Shown here one piece after another: positions 20,243 to 30,076 of a stretch of DNA of 55,558 bases. The stretch lies in the IMG/VR virus record IMGVR_UViG_3300021492_000002, positions 1 to 55,558 of that record, one strand, 5' to 3'. The position numbers and the translations under genes were made by a program. A model generated the notes under the pieces. That model saw only the letters and a list, made by a program, of their open reading frames with translations, was not told the DNA's origin and did not search any database. Positions within the stretch are counted from its first letter, which is position 1, and every line of letters starts with the position of its first letter. Source of the DNA: a virus. Taxonomy: Duplodnaviria; Caudoviricetes.

Positions 20243-22198
20243 ATGACGCGCTATATAGCTATAATTGTATTGTTATCTTTTACACTATCATTTGCCCTTG
20301 TGCCTATGAAGATTGTATATAAGGGGCGGCTTACTGATGCTAATAATAAGGTACTAGATGGTACTTATGACATGATATTTAGGATTTATGATGGTGGTTG
20401 TAATAGTGATTGTTCGGAGTGTACAGGTACCAAGCTCACTGACGATACGGTATCTGTTGAAGTGAATGATGGTTATTTCCATCATGTTATTGATCTATCA
20501 TCTTTATCATTAGAAAAGTTAAATAAGCAGCTGTTTTTGGAGATATGGGTTAAATATGGAGATTTTGAAAGGCTGTGCCCTCGTGAGACGCTATACACGA
20601 GGGCTCCTTATACTATATGGGCGAGATCAAGTGCTGTGGCTGAAACAGCAAATGTGGTAGGAAGCGGGGCTGTTAATACAAGTGCACCTGTTACGGGTGA
20701 TGGGACAGCAAGCGGTCCTATAACATTATCATATGGGGGCGGGCTTACCCTATCAGGAAGTGCATTGATAATCGCATTTGATAATAGTACTATTGATACC
20801 AATTCTGCTGGAAAGATCCGTGTTAAACCTAGTGGTATTACATCGACAGAAATTAATGATGGAGTTGTGTTTTCATCTATACAAAACAGTTCTGGTGCCG
20901 AGCAATTTACTGTTACTGATGGCAATAAAGCATTACAATTTGCTGCATCGGGGATGAATTCCGTTTCGTTTAATTCGACTTATAATCGTGTTACCTATAC
21001 AGCAACGGCTTCAGTAAGTGCTCCTATCACAGGTAATGGAACATCGGGATCACCTATAGGTCTTAATTATGGTACTGGGCTTACATTATATAGTTCAAGT
21101 TTGATTATCGATGAGGATAATATTCCTTATACGCCTAGTGATCTAACTGATTGGAGTGGTAGTACAGATCCAGGTGATGTTAATGATGGACTGGATCAGT
21201 TGGCTGATCGTATAACTTCTATTGAGGAAGGTAATAACACAAGTTATATCCAGAATCAGTATAGCACAACACAGTCAGCGAGTTTTTGGATTAGTGGAAA
21301 TGGTAGAGCCAGTCAATTGATAGCTGATGATGAATTTCTATTAGGTAATGTATTGAATATTTATCTCAGTAGTGACACAGTATATTATGTATCTGATTCT
21401 GTACTGTGTTTTGGTGGCGGCTTAATAATTGAAGAGGATAATGACGTAAAGGTAAATGCCGATCTTTATATCCCAAGTGCATCTGTAAATGCGTCAGCAG
21501 AAACACTGTTGGCTATAACAGATGGTAAGGTTGAAAAGATATTGAAATCTAGTGTCGTAGCAGGTGTATCATCTATAACTGGTGGACTAGGGCTCAATCC
21601 TGATGCTACGACAGAGGGTGATGTTGTAATGACTGTTGACATGACAGAGCTTCGTCTTAAAGGACTAGTAGCAACTACATATGATTCACTAAGGGTCAAA
21701 GTAGATGGCAATACGATATGTTTTGGGGGATCTAATGAATTACAAGTTTGTTATGGTGGTATATCGACAAATCATATTAGTGATGGAACTATAGTTGATA
21801 ACGACATAAGTGCCACAGCCAACATAGCATGGATAAAAATTAATAAGTCTGGTTCATCCGTAAATGATTTGGGAGATGTTAGTGCATCAGGGGCAGCCAC
21901 TGGTGCGCTTCTTTATTATAATGGTTCATCGTGGATCGATTTATCTCCAGGTACTAGTGGTTATATCCTGAGAACTAATGGAACAGGCTCGGCGCCTTCA
22001 TGGAGTACATTAAATACCTTATCAGCAGGTGATGGATTGACATATGTTTCAGGTGGGCCATATGATGGTACAAATGATTTAACATTGAAGGTTAATGTAG
22101 CTGATGCATCGCTTACTATTATAGGAGGTGGGCTTGCTGTTACGCATGGAAGCCCGGTGGCTACATCAGATAATTTTAAGTTATATAATAATCATTAA
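20243..22198 (+). CDS. Secreted fibre/adhesin-like protein, paralogue B (651 aa)
   Basis: Same architecture and length as 18276-20231, with long identical peptides (ASQLIADDEFLLG.VLNIYLSSDTVYYVSDSVLCFGGGLIIEEDNDVK). Confidence 0.75.
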   Translation: MTRYIAIIVLLSFTLSFALVPMKIVYKGRLTDANNKVLDGTYDMIFRIYDGGCNSDCSECTGTKLTDDTVSVEVNDGYFHHVIDLSSLSLEKLNKQLFLEIWVKYGDFERLCPRETLYTRAPYTIWARSSAVAETANVVGSGAVNTSAPVTGDGTASGPITLSYGGGLTLSGSALIIAFDNSTIDTNSAGKIRVKPSGITSTEINDGVVFSSIQNSSGAEQFTVTDGNKALQFAASGMNSVSFNSTYNRVTYTATASVSAPITGNGTSGSPIGLNYGTGLTLYSSSLIIDEDNIPYTPSDLTDWSGSTDPGDVNDGLDQLADRITSIEEGNNTSYIQNQYSTTQSASFWISGNGRASQLIADDEFLLGNVLNIYLSSDTVYYVSDSVLCFGGGLIIEEDNDVKVNADLYIPSASVNASAETLLAITDGKVEKILKSSVVAGVSSITGGLGLNPDATTEGDVVMTVDMTELRLKGLVATTYDSLRVKVDGNTICFGGSNELQVCYGGISTNHISDGTIVDNDISATANIAWIKINKSGSSVNDLGDVSASGAATGALLYYNGSSWIDLSPGTSGYILRTNGTGSAPSWSTLNTLSAGDGLTYVSGGPYDGTNDLTLKVNVADASLTIIGGGLAVTHGSPVATSDNFKLYNNH

Positions 22199-22213
22199 TA
22201 AGGAGTGGTTGTT

Positions 22214-24298
22214 ATGAAGCCGCGGCTTCTTCTACTCATCAGCATTTTTATGATTATTAATGCATGTTTAGCAGGAGTGCCTAAAGTATTAATGATAAAA
22301 AGGCAGTTAGCTAGTAATGATGGATCTGTTATAAACGGAGATACGACTATTGCTATATGTATATATGACGTTGGGTGTAGTGGTGATGATTGTCCTGATG
22401 CATGTACCGGTAATCCTATAGTATGTGATACGCAGGTAGTAACTGTAAGTGGCGGCTACTTCTATTTTAAATTGGATTTATCATCAGTAGATGATTCCTA
22501 TCTATCTGATACTTTGTATCTTATGGTATCGGTAAAGAATGGTGGGTCTTATGAGGATTTATGTCCTAGGGAAACTCTTTATGCGACGCATGCATGTGCA
22601 CTGAGTTCACATATTGCAGATAAGTCATATAATAGTGATAGTTTAGGCGGGCATCCACCTGATTATTATTTGGATAATACGATTGACACATTTATTGCAT
22701 ACTGGGATTCCATAAGAAACATCCCTGAAGGTTTTGCGGATGGAGTTGATAATGAAGGAGTTAAAGGTGAAGGGAAAATATATCTAGTAGCATATTGGGA
22801 GAATGAGTCAACTTTAACTTATGATAATTCTTTATATTGGGATGCTGTAAATAATAGATTAAAAATAGGGCCGATGGAAGGTGTGATACCAAGTGGCATG
22901 TTACACATTGATGGAAATGGTGCAACAGGTGTTGACGAGATATATATTGAGAATCCAGGTGATAATATATTTATAAATTTTATAGCAGATGGAGATAAAG
23001 AAGCAGGCATTAAATTTAGTGGGAGTTTCACTCTTGCCCGGTTGGCTAGTACACATGACTTAAGACTTTTAAGGATTTATAATAGCACTTATGAACCATC
23101 ACTTTATATAAAAAATTCTAATGGATATGTAGGTATAGGCACAGATACACCATCAGCCAAGTTTGATGTAAACGGGGCTGCAGAAATAAATGGACAGCTT
23201 GATATGACAAGTCATAAAATTATAAATCTTACTGACCCTACTAATTCACAAGATGCTGCTACTAAAGCTTATGTTGATGCACAGGCAAGCAATGATGACC
23301 TTTCCGACAATGTTCTAAATGACCTTTCAGATGTGAATGTGACCCCTTCGGACGGTCAAGTTTTAAAATATAATAGCTCAAGTGGAAAATGGGAGGCTGC
23401 TGTTGACGATACAGGTCACTATGAACCCAAAGATACATTTATAGCATACTGGGATAGTATCCGCAATATACCGAACGATATAGCTGATGGTGACAATTTT
23501 GACACACTTAAAGCAAGTTGGTCTTATATAAAAGACATTCCGTCAGGGTTTGCTGATGGAGTTGACGACACGGGACATTTCGAACCAAAGGATACATTTA
23601 TCGCCTACTGGGACTCCATTAGGAACATCCCCAACGACATTGCCGATGGTGATGATATAGACACAATAAAAGCCGATTGGAATAACATTAAAAATATGCC
23701 TTCTGATTTTGCGGACGGAGTTGATGACACAGGTAAAACAATTGGTATAAAAGACACGATGATAGCTTACTGGGACTCTTTACGCAATGTGCCGTCAGAT
23801 TTAGCGAATGGCGATGATGTAGATACATTTATTGCGCACTGGGATTCAGTAAGAGGTAAACCACAACTGTATTGGATAAATTTGTATATTAAATTGGATG
23901 GAGATACTATTATTGATACAGTTTACAATCAAGATACAGTAAAATCAAAGGCAGTTGATAGTCTTAATTATAGAGTTGTTATTGCTAATCATTTGCATGG
24001 TGGTTCTAACCATTGGAAAGTGGAATCAATCGTGGCTTCGACGACAATTGATGATTCAACGACAGTTTATTTATGTGATGCTTCAGATGAAGCAATAACT
24101 CTAACTTTAACAGAACCTTCGGAAAATAAAGATAGATTATTAGTTATTAAAAAATTAGATAACAGTGCAAATAAAGTTACCATTGATGCTGGTTCGAGCA
24201 CGATTGATGGTTCGCAAACATATAACTTGAATTCACAGCATCAAAGTATTATATTAATATGTGACGGAACAAAATGGTGGATTATAGCGGATAAATAA
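22214..24298 (+). CDS. Secreted fibre-like protein with W-containing repeats
   Basis: Signal peptide MKPRLLLLISIFMIINACLAG and the same N-terminal domain family. 'GYVGIGTDTPSAKFDVNG', 'KIINLTDPTNSQDAATKAYVD' and 'LNDLSDV' fibre motifs. C-terminal 'LVIKKLDNSANKVTI...DGTKWWII' module. Confidence 0.75.
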   Translation: MKPRLLLLISIFMIINACLAGVPKVLMIKRQLASNDGSVINGDTTIAICIYDVGCSGDDCPDACTGNPIVCDTQVVTVSGGYFYFKLDLSSVDDSYLSDTLYLMVSVKNGGSYEDLCPRETLYATHACALSSHIADKSYNSDSLGGHPPDYYLDNTIDTFIAYWDSIRNIPEGFADGVDNEGVKGEGKIYLVAYWENESTLTYDNSLYWDAVNNRLKIGPMEGVIPSGMLHIDGNGATGVDEIYIENPGDNIFINFIADGDKEAGIKFSGSFTLARLASTHDLRLLRIYNSTYEPSLYIKNSNGYVGIGTDTPSAKFDVNGAAEINGQLDMTSHKIINLTDPTNSQDAATKAYVDAQASNDDLSDNVLNDLSDVNVTPSDGQVLKYNSSSGKWEAAVDDTGHYEPKDTFIAYWDSIRNIPNDIADGDNFDTLKASWSYIKDIPSGFADGVDDTGHFEPKDTFIAYWDSIRNIPNDIADGDDIDTIKADWNNIKNMPSDFADGVDDTGKTIGIKDTMIAYWDSLRNVPSDLANGDDVDTFIAHWDSVRGKPQLYWINLYIKLDGDTIIDTVYNQDTVKSKAVDSLNYRVVIANHLHGGSNHWKVESIVASTTIDDSTTVYLCDASDEAITLTLTEPSENKDRLLVIKKLDNSANKVTIDAGSSTIDGSQTYNLNSQHQSIILICDGTKWWIIADK
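22685..23863 (+). repeat. Intragenic repeats DTFIAYWDSIRNIP..(F/I)ADG.D, seven copies
   Basis: One copy at 22685 and six consecutive copies at 23432-23863, with synonymous divergence at the DNA level. Confidence 0.85.
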
Positions 24299-24300
24299 CT

Positions 24301-25686
24301 ATGAAACCGATAAACAGGACAACAACGCTAATATATAAGAAGGGGCGCAGGGTCAAGGTCGAGAAGTATATTAAGAGGATTTATTATCCTGACCACAACA
24401 ATCCTAAAGTTCTAAAGCCCATCATAACAGAACCTAAAGACGCAAAGATATATTATACTGGCTACAAACACGAAATAATTGACCACGATTTACTTATAGG
24501 GTTTTCTCCAAAATATAACGACTTGCCGTTCTTACGTTTTACTGACCCGAAGACAGAAAACACATGGGCTTTATGGATAAAGGGGTTCGGTAAAAATATA
24601 CCGAAGACAGGAATCCGCCCTAAATCAATCGGTAAATTAAAATACGGTATGCACTATGAGATTGACCCAAATGTTGAACTTAAATTTGAAATCTTAGGAC
24701 ATATGATTCGTAAGATTATTGTTGTTCACAAGCGCCCCGAATGGAATGAAATAACATTTATTATATCACGATTTGGTGGACATTTGATAACAGGCAAAAC
24801 TTTCGGCAAGTCCGAACCCTTATTAGCCTTTCGTAAAAACGATATAAAGCCATTATTTAAATTTTTGCGCCCCACAGTATATGATTCAAGCGAGCCCTTA
24901 AAATACCATAAACCTATGCTATTTCTTAATAATATACGGACAGGGGTTTGGGAATTAAAGATAAAGCTTTCGGGAAAGTGGCTTGATGAGGCGAAATATC
25001 CGATTTATATAGACCCGACACTTGAACTCCAACCAGATGCTGATGAAGGATATGATACTTTTATAGCCAATGATGGTTCTAGTGATTATCTTCTTAATTG
25101 TGGTGTTTTTATTGGGTTGCAGTTGAGGGCTGATAATTCTCGTGGTGAAGTAAAAAATATATTAATAAAATTTGACCTTAGCGATATTCCACAAAATTCA
25201 ACAATTATATCTTCTATCTTAAGTTTATATATGTATAGTAATCACGGCGATATAACAATCCGCAAATATCGAATTTTGCGAGACTGGGGTGAGGGAAACA
25301 AAAATGTAGCTGAAGCAACAGAAGGAGAAAGTTCTTGGGCGTGGTATGCCCGACCTAACGAATGGTCAATTTGGGGGGCACAGAGTATCGGTGAAGATAT
25401 AGCTGAAGCAGATGATGATGATACAACTATTTTATATTCGCAAGGTCGTAATATCTGGGTTGACTTTGATGTAACTGCCTCTACACAGCAAATTATAAAT
25501 ACGGGAATAAATTATGGTTGGAAACTTGGTGGTGTTAATGCACCATTGCTAAAATATGTGCGCTTTGAAGCATCAGATTGGGATATGCATCCCAAACTTA
25601 CTATAGAATATGATGATATATACTGGCATATTGGCAGAGTAGGTTGGGAAGGTCAAGGAAGACCGTTTAAGTGGATTTTTGATTGA
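24301..25686 (+). CDS. DNRLRE-domain-containing protein
   Basis: 'YPIYIDPT...DTFI...LIKFDLSDIPQNSTIISSILSLY...W...WVDFDVT...NYGW...PKLTIEY' matches the DNRLRE beta-sandwich pattern. Confidence 0.7.
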   Translation: MKPINRTTTLIYKKGRRVKVEKYIKRIYYPDHNNPKVLKPIITEPKDAKIYYTGYKHEIIDHDLLIGFSPKYNDLPFLRFTDPKTENTWALWIKGFGKNIPKTGIRPKSIGKLKYGMHYEIDPNVELKFEILGHMIRKIIVVHKRPEWNEITFIISRFGGHLITGKTFGKSEPLLAFRKNDIKPLFKFLRPTVYDSSEPLKYHKPMLFLNNIRTGVWELKIKLSGKWLDEAKYPIYIDPTLELQPDADEGYDTFIANDGSSDYLLNCGVFIGLQLRADNSRGEVKNILIKFDLSDIPQNSTIISSILSLYMYSNHGDITIRKYRILRDWGEGNKNVAEATEGESSWAWYARPNEWSIWGAQSIGEDIAEADDDDTTILYSQGRNIWVDFDVTASTQQIINTGINYGWKLGGVNAPLLKYVRFEASDWDMHPKLTIEYDDIYWHIGRVGWEGQGRPFKWIFD

Positions 25687-25717
25687 CGGTCTTTAATTAT
25701 CCATATTAAGTATATGT

Positions 25718-26191
25718 ATGAAGTTACAAAGTCTTAATATCATATTAGCGTTTATTGTTTTGTTGTTTTTTACCGACTTATCTGCAAAAACATTAGGTTA
25801 TGGTTTGATCACAGGATGTGATGTTTACCATACATATGGTGGAACTATCGGGTTCTTTACATATGGAGGACTAAAGTACTGGGGTATATCATTATCTTAT
25901 CATCAATCATGGGATGGCGATTACTGTGGTGCTAATATTACTGTGAATAATTCATATCGGTTCGAGTTCTCAAAACATATTGGTGTAAGCATAGGCAGTT
26001 TGACTGGTGTTGGTATTTTATTTACTGACAGAGTGCTGAGTGAGCATATTGAAAGTTTCATTGGGGTATTTTATAAGTGGAAGCGGGGCTTCCTTGAACT
26101 TGCATTACATACAATGGTTGATCCTTACCATAAGAAGACGTCGTTTAATAACTGTTATACAATACAAATAAAGTATTTTAGGATATTTTAG
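25718..26191 (+). CDS. Putative small outer-membrane beta-barrel protein
   Basis: Signal peptide, alternating aromatic/Gly strands, C-terminal Phe. Confidence 0.5.
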   Translation: MKLQSLNIILAFIVLLFFTDLSAKTLGYGLITGCDVYHTYGGTIGFFTYGGLKYWGISLSYHQSWDGDYCGANITVNNSYRFEFSKHIGVSIGSLTGVGILFTDRVLSEHIESFIGVFYKWKRGFLELALHTMVDPYHKKTSFNNCYTIQIKYFRIF

Positions 26192-26201
26192 GAGGCTTAT
26201 T

Positions 26202-26441
26202 GTGGCAAAGGATAATAAAAAGAAAGACAGTGGTAAGAAACCATTTTGGAAGAGCAGAACCTATTGGGGTTTGTTTATAGCAGCCATAGGTATGGTACTA
26301 AGCAAATACGCAACATCACCATGGCTGTCAATGATCGGGCATTTTTTGGAAACCTTTGGTCTTTTGCTTGCAGGTTACGGTCGTGCTAAAGCAGTAAAAC
26401 AGATAATTTTTAAGGATAAAAATAATGGAGGTGAGGAATGA
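26202..26441 (+). CDS. Holin-like membrane protein
   Basis: GGAGG RBS and GTG start. 'KPFWKSRTYW' motif followed by two TM segments and a basic tail. Confidence 0.6.
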   Translation: MAKDNKKKDSGKKPFWKSRTYWGLFIAAIGMVLSKYATSPWLSMIGHFLETFGLLLAGYGRAKAVKQIIFKDKNNGGEE

Positions 26442-26737
26442 ATATCATGGAGGTTTTTGGCAATATGGATTCGCCAATATTGGGCGCGCTTCAGCTCGTA
26501 CTTAGATTCCTTGCTGGTAAGTTCGTTAAACCGTGGTACGACGGGCAGCATACCTATGCTAAGTATCTTATAACAGATGAAGCGCAGGCCCTTTATGATG
26601 GTCTATTGCTTCTTAGAGAAAAAACAACTGATGAGGAGAAGAAGAAGACCATAGAGCAGATAATTGAGCTTATACGGAGTGTGTTTGAAGCCGCCGAGTT
26701 TGGCGTGGACTTTAGGGGTGTTGAAATTGGCGACTGA
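26438..26737 (+). CDS. Hypothetical protein
   Basis: GGAGGTGAGG RBS and ATGA coupling. Confidence 0.6.
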   Translation: MNIMEVFGNMDSPILGALQLVLRFLAGKFVKPWYDGQHTYAKYLITDEAQALYDGLLLLREKTTDEEKKKTIEQIIELIRSVFEAAEFGVDFRGVEIGD

Positions 26738-27225
26738 TGAGAAAGGTTATTGTAACATTATGTGTGTTATTTAGTTTGATTGCTGCACAGGATTTTTCCT
26801 TCCATTATTCTCCATGGGAGGCTCAGCAGGCTAGAGCTGAATTAGATTACCGATTATGGAGAGGAGGCATTGTTTATGCTAAATTTGGTATGTGGAACCA
26901 TTTTGGTGATGAGAAGGGCGCCGGTCTATATTTCGGTCTACCTGTGAAAGTTTCATTATATCAGAATATTCTTAAGGCACAGGCTTCAACTAATTACGGT
27001 TTTGGATACTTGTATCATGGTGATAAGCTTAACAAATATGCAAACGGACAGGTGAATTTTGTTCTCCATATCAAGATTGGAAATACCTACTGTCTTACAT
27101 GTTGCAAGGAGTATTCTAAGGATGTGTACCTTGATATCGGGATAGGTTATACGCTCTTTAGATATAAATATGATGATTATAAGGATGTCATTTCTATATT
27201 TTTCGGTGTATCATTTATAAATTGA
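26737..27225 (+). CDS. Putative outer-membrane beta-barrel protein
   Basis: Signal peptide MRKVIVTLCVLFSLIAA, amphipathic strands, ends ISIFFGVSFIN. Confidence 0.5.
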   Translation: MRKVIVTLCVLFSLIAAQDFSFHYSPWEAQQARAELDYRLWRGGIVYAKFGMWNHFGDEKGAGLYFGLPVKVSLYQNILKAQASTNYGFGYLYHGDKLNKYANGQVNFVLHIKIGNTYCLTCCKEYSKDVYLDIGIGYTLFRYKYDDYKDVISIFFGVSFIN

Positions 27226-27226
27226 A

Positions 27227-27445
27227 ATGAAAGGAGGTCCAGTGGATTTACGTATTATTATCTTGGTTATTTTGCTCCTCACCATTCTTTATGTTGCTGG
27301 TCCAAAGGGATTTAGTTCACCCTATCATGAGTGGTCATGGTGGGATGCTCAGATCGGTCTGGCTACATGGGTACCCCCACCTGATACCTTACCTGAACTA
27401 GACACCCTTAGTATCCGTTTTGAATTCAGGGTGGTTGAAAAATGA
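27227..27445 (+). CDS. Small membrane or secreted protein
   Basis: Hydrophobic IIILVILLLTILYVA. The true start may be the GTG after AGGAGG. Confidence 0.5.
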   Translation: MKGGPVDLRIIILVILLLTILYVAGPKGFSSPYHEWSWWDAQIGLATWVPPPDTLPELDTLSIRFEFRVVEK

Positions 27446-27446
27446 C

Positions 27447-27474
27447 TTGACAGTTGGCGCTGGCTTCATATTTT
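27447..27474 (+). promoter_or_regulatory. Sigma-70-like promoter TTGACA-N16-TATTTT, probably leaderless transcript
   Basis: TTGACA at 27447-27452 and TATTTT at 27469-27474. ATG at 27482 has no RBS. Lies at the boundary between the surface-protein and DNA-metabolism modules. Confidence 0.6.
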
Positions 27475-27481
27475 CTAACAT

Positions 27482-27877
27482 ATGATAGAAAGAAAAAGGA
27501 AAAAGGGGTACTACAAAATTTTTGCTTTCTACAACCCACAGACAAAGAAGCTCGCCTTCTCCCTCCACTGGAGAAAGCATTCGAATGGTACATGGTCACA
27601 CATATGTGATTCGGTTTATACAGATGTTAGCAAGGCATCAAAAGCGATCCAACTGTTGACAAAATTCATTAACAAGAATATTTACAAGAGGTATAAGGTC
27701 AAGGTTATCCTTATAAGCGGATTTCCATCATCGATTGTACCTCTTGGTGTTTTATCTGATAGGATTGTGTTCGTATCATATTATAATGAAAAACAATATA
27801 AGAGGTTATTAAAATTATCGGAGAGTAATTTGGTGGGAAGCCGGCGCCGCAATGAAGTACGTATATTTAATAAATAA
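27482..27877 (+). CDS. Basic hypothetical protein
   Basis: K/R-rich ORF directly after the promoter. Confidence 0.55.
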   Translation: MIERKRKKGYYKIFAFYNPQTKKLAFSLHWRKHSNGTWSHICDSVYTDVSKASKAIQLLTKFINKNIYKRYKVKVILISGFPSSIVPLGVLSDRIVFVSYYNEKQYKRLLKLSESNLVGSRRRNEVRIFNK

Positions 27878-28160
27878 GGGGAGGGTGAAGCGCGCGCTTC
27901 TTGATACTACAAAACAGAAGCGCGCCTCGAAGAAGCTTGTCGAATCATATGTCAAGCAATATGGCAGCCTGCCTAAGGCTATTGCCAAGCTCATTAAAGA
28001 AGGCTATAATGTCATACCGACAGAGATAGGCTTAGTAAAATTAATGAATGTTATACATAATAATAAATCTTTGTATGTCCCTGTTGTTCTGTTCAATGAT
28101 GTTATTATAAAGGCGGTGGCTTCCCTTCAATTCAATGTCAAAGTGAAAGGAGGATCATGA
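27852..28160 (+). CDS. Basic hypothetical protein, possibly nucleic-acid binding
   Basis: K-rich 102-aa ORF coupled to the next gene. Confidence 0.55.
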   Translation: MKYVYLINKGRVKRALLDTTKQKRASKKLVESYVKQYGSLPKAIAKLIKEGYNVIPTEIGLVKLMNVIHNNKSLYVPVVLFNDVIIKAVASLQFNVKVKGGS

Positions 28161-29017
28161 GCAAAGTGTTATCATATCTTAGAAGCTGCGCGGCTTCCTA
28201 CATTGAAAACGAACTTGAATATGCCTATAATGCGTGGATTTATGGTGTTAGGCCTGTGCTTTCGTGGCAAGTACTCCCTCTTATCAACATATCAGATGAG
28301 GCGGCTTATGGAATTGTATCATTTGATATGGAGCATCCAACATTAACGCAGGGGCTTGCTCTCTGGTCACCATTTTTGTTTAACACCTATAGAAACTTGT
28401 ACAAGGTCATGGCTCAGGATGTTGACAAGCGCAATATTCTTTTGTATCCACATCATCTCTTTCTCACGAATGAGAAAGATAAGAAACTCCATGATAAGTA
28501 CACCAAAAAGATCTCGCAGGATATGCCAATCATATGGCAGTCATCATATGTACCGCCATTTATTTATTCATATATAGCAGAAACGCCTGTGGAACATACA
28601 GATTCCATCCCCAGTGGGTTTCTGAAGAAACCATTGGATAACAGGCTACCAATTGTAGCGACAGATTATTTAACATCTGAATCAATGAATCCTTTTTCTG
28701 CCTATCTTACATCAATACCCACATTTGATGCCTTTTACATGGCATGGACATTCAAGTTGTTCCCGGATCTTGTTATAAAACAATGTGATTTGACTATATT
28801 GCCAGAGTTAAGAAGGCAAGTTGTTGCAGTTCTATTATACACCTTGTTCCCTGATAGCGAGCTTGAGCCTCTTATGGAAAAATATGATCTGAAGGAGTTT
28901 TCATCGTTTCCCGAATTTATCCGTCCATATTTGGAATTTATAAAATCATTAAAGGCACAAGAAATAATATATGCACAGGAGAAAGGAGGAAGTGATGAAT
29001 TCATCATTTACGATTAG
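28157..29017 (+). CDS. Hypothetical protein
   Basis: AGGAGG RBS, 286 aa. Confidence 0.65.
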   Translation: MSKVLSYLRSCAASYIENELEYAYNAWIYGVRPVLSWQVLPLINISDEAAYGIVSFDMEHPTLTQGLALWSPFLFNTYRNLYKVMAQDVDKRNILLYPHHLFLTNEKDKKLHDKYTKKISQDMPIIWQSSYVPPFIYSYIAETPVEHTDSIPSGFLKKPLDNRLPIVATDYLTSESMNPFSAYLTSIPTFDAFYMAWTFKLFPDLVIKQCDLTILPELRRQVVAVLLYTLFPDSELEPLMEKYDLKEFSSFPEFIRPYLEFIKSLKAQEIIYAQEKGGSDEFIIYD

Positions 29018-29699
29018 TAAACTTTACAGAGATTATGGAGTGGGCCTTTTTGCTGATGCATCACTATTATTCAACATGAGTAATTGTCAAGCATGTCCTG
29101 TCAAGGAGGATCCGATTATCGATCTTAGAGACCCACCTGTGAAGTATTTGGTTATTGGGGATTACCCGGGTCTAGAGGAGCATCAGGGAAGGCGGCTCTT
29201 TATCGGGCCAGCAGGGAGATTCCTGAGAGAGCTTTTGACTAAGGAGGGCATTGATAATGATAATGTGGCATTCCTGAATGCCTTCTTATGTTATGGTGCG
29301 CATAATCGTATTAACCATAACAACCCCATTTACTATTGCCAACCAAGGATTTTATATTATATTGCCTATTATAATCCTGAGGTTATTATATGCATGGGAA
29401 GACATGCCTGTGGTGTATTGGAGATACCGAATCAGGATCTTTATGATAAGCCGGCTGCTTATCGTTTGGAGACACCATGGTTTGAGGCCTATTTAGTAGC
29501 AACAATTAACCCAGCGTTGTATCTCAGGAATAAGTGGTCGGATGTTTTATATAAGAATATATTAATGGCTGCGAGATTAGCCAAGTGTCTTGGTGATTAT
29601 GATTGTCCAACGATTGAGAGTGTTTCGATAGGATTTCCAGATAATGTGCAAGAAACAAGACCAAGGGGGATCACATGCAATATGAACGAGGGGTATTGA
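28995..29699 (+). CDS. Uracil-DNA glycosylase, family 4-like (Fe-S)
   Basis: CQAC...GDYPGLEE...FIGPAG..L...NAFLC...C.P...PEVIICMG...NPA motifs. AGGAGG RBS before 28992/28995. Confidence 0.85.
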   Translation: MNSSFTISKLYRDYGVGLFADASLLFNMSNCQACPVKEDPIIDLRDPPVKYLVIGDYPGLEEHQGRRLFIGPAGRFLRELLTKEGIDNDNVAFLNAFLCYGAHNRINHNNPIYYCQPRILYYIAYYNPEVIICMGRHACGVLEIPNQDLYDKPAAYRLETPWFEAYLVATINPALYLRNKWSDVLYKNILMAARLAKCLGDYDCPTIESVSIGFPDNVQETRPRGITCNMNEGY

Positions 29700-30076
29700 G
29701 TGATAAGTATGTCGATGTTGATCTAAAAAATCTGAAACTTATCCGTATTAATGCACTACCGCAGACTATACAGTCATTATATCGTATGACAGTACAAAAT
29801 CTACGTAGGGCGCCTATAGTTATTGAAGCCCCCACCTTTGAGTTATTTAATCGTATTGCAGCACAGTTTGGAGCGCAAGCTGATCGCATAAAAGAAACGC
29901 GACCATTCGCAAGATTTCTGTTTGTTGCATATGCTACATATGAAAGGGAAACGTATAAACGTGAGACAATCGATGTACCAGTTATCATTTTTTATGATTT
30001 AGGTACTGATGTAGCAACGTGGTTAGCGCCCCGATTTTTTATCCCAAAGGTAGACTTAACAAAGGAATTAGAATGA
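29675..30076 (+). CDS. Hypothetical protein
   Basis: ORF filling the operon. Confidence 0.55.
   Translation: MQYERGVLSDKYVDVDLKNLKLIRINALPQTIQSLYRMTVQNLRRAPIVIEAPTFELFNRIAAQFGAQADRIKETRPFARFLFVAYATYERETYKRETIDVPVIIFYDLGTDVATWLAPRFFIPKVDLTKELE

Noticed and set aside
18276-23863. Duplicated segments as a diversity-generating retroelement TR/VR pair
   Set aside because: No reverse transcriptase in the window. Differences are mostly synonymous and not adenine-specific, and both copies are coding.
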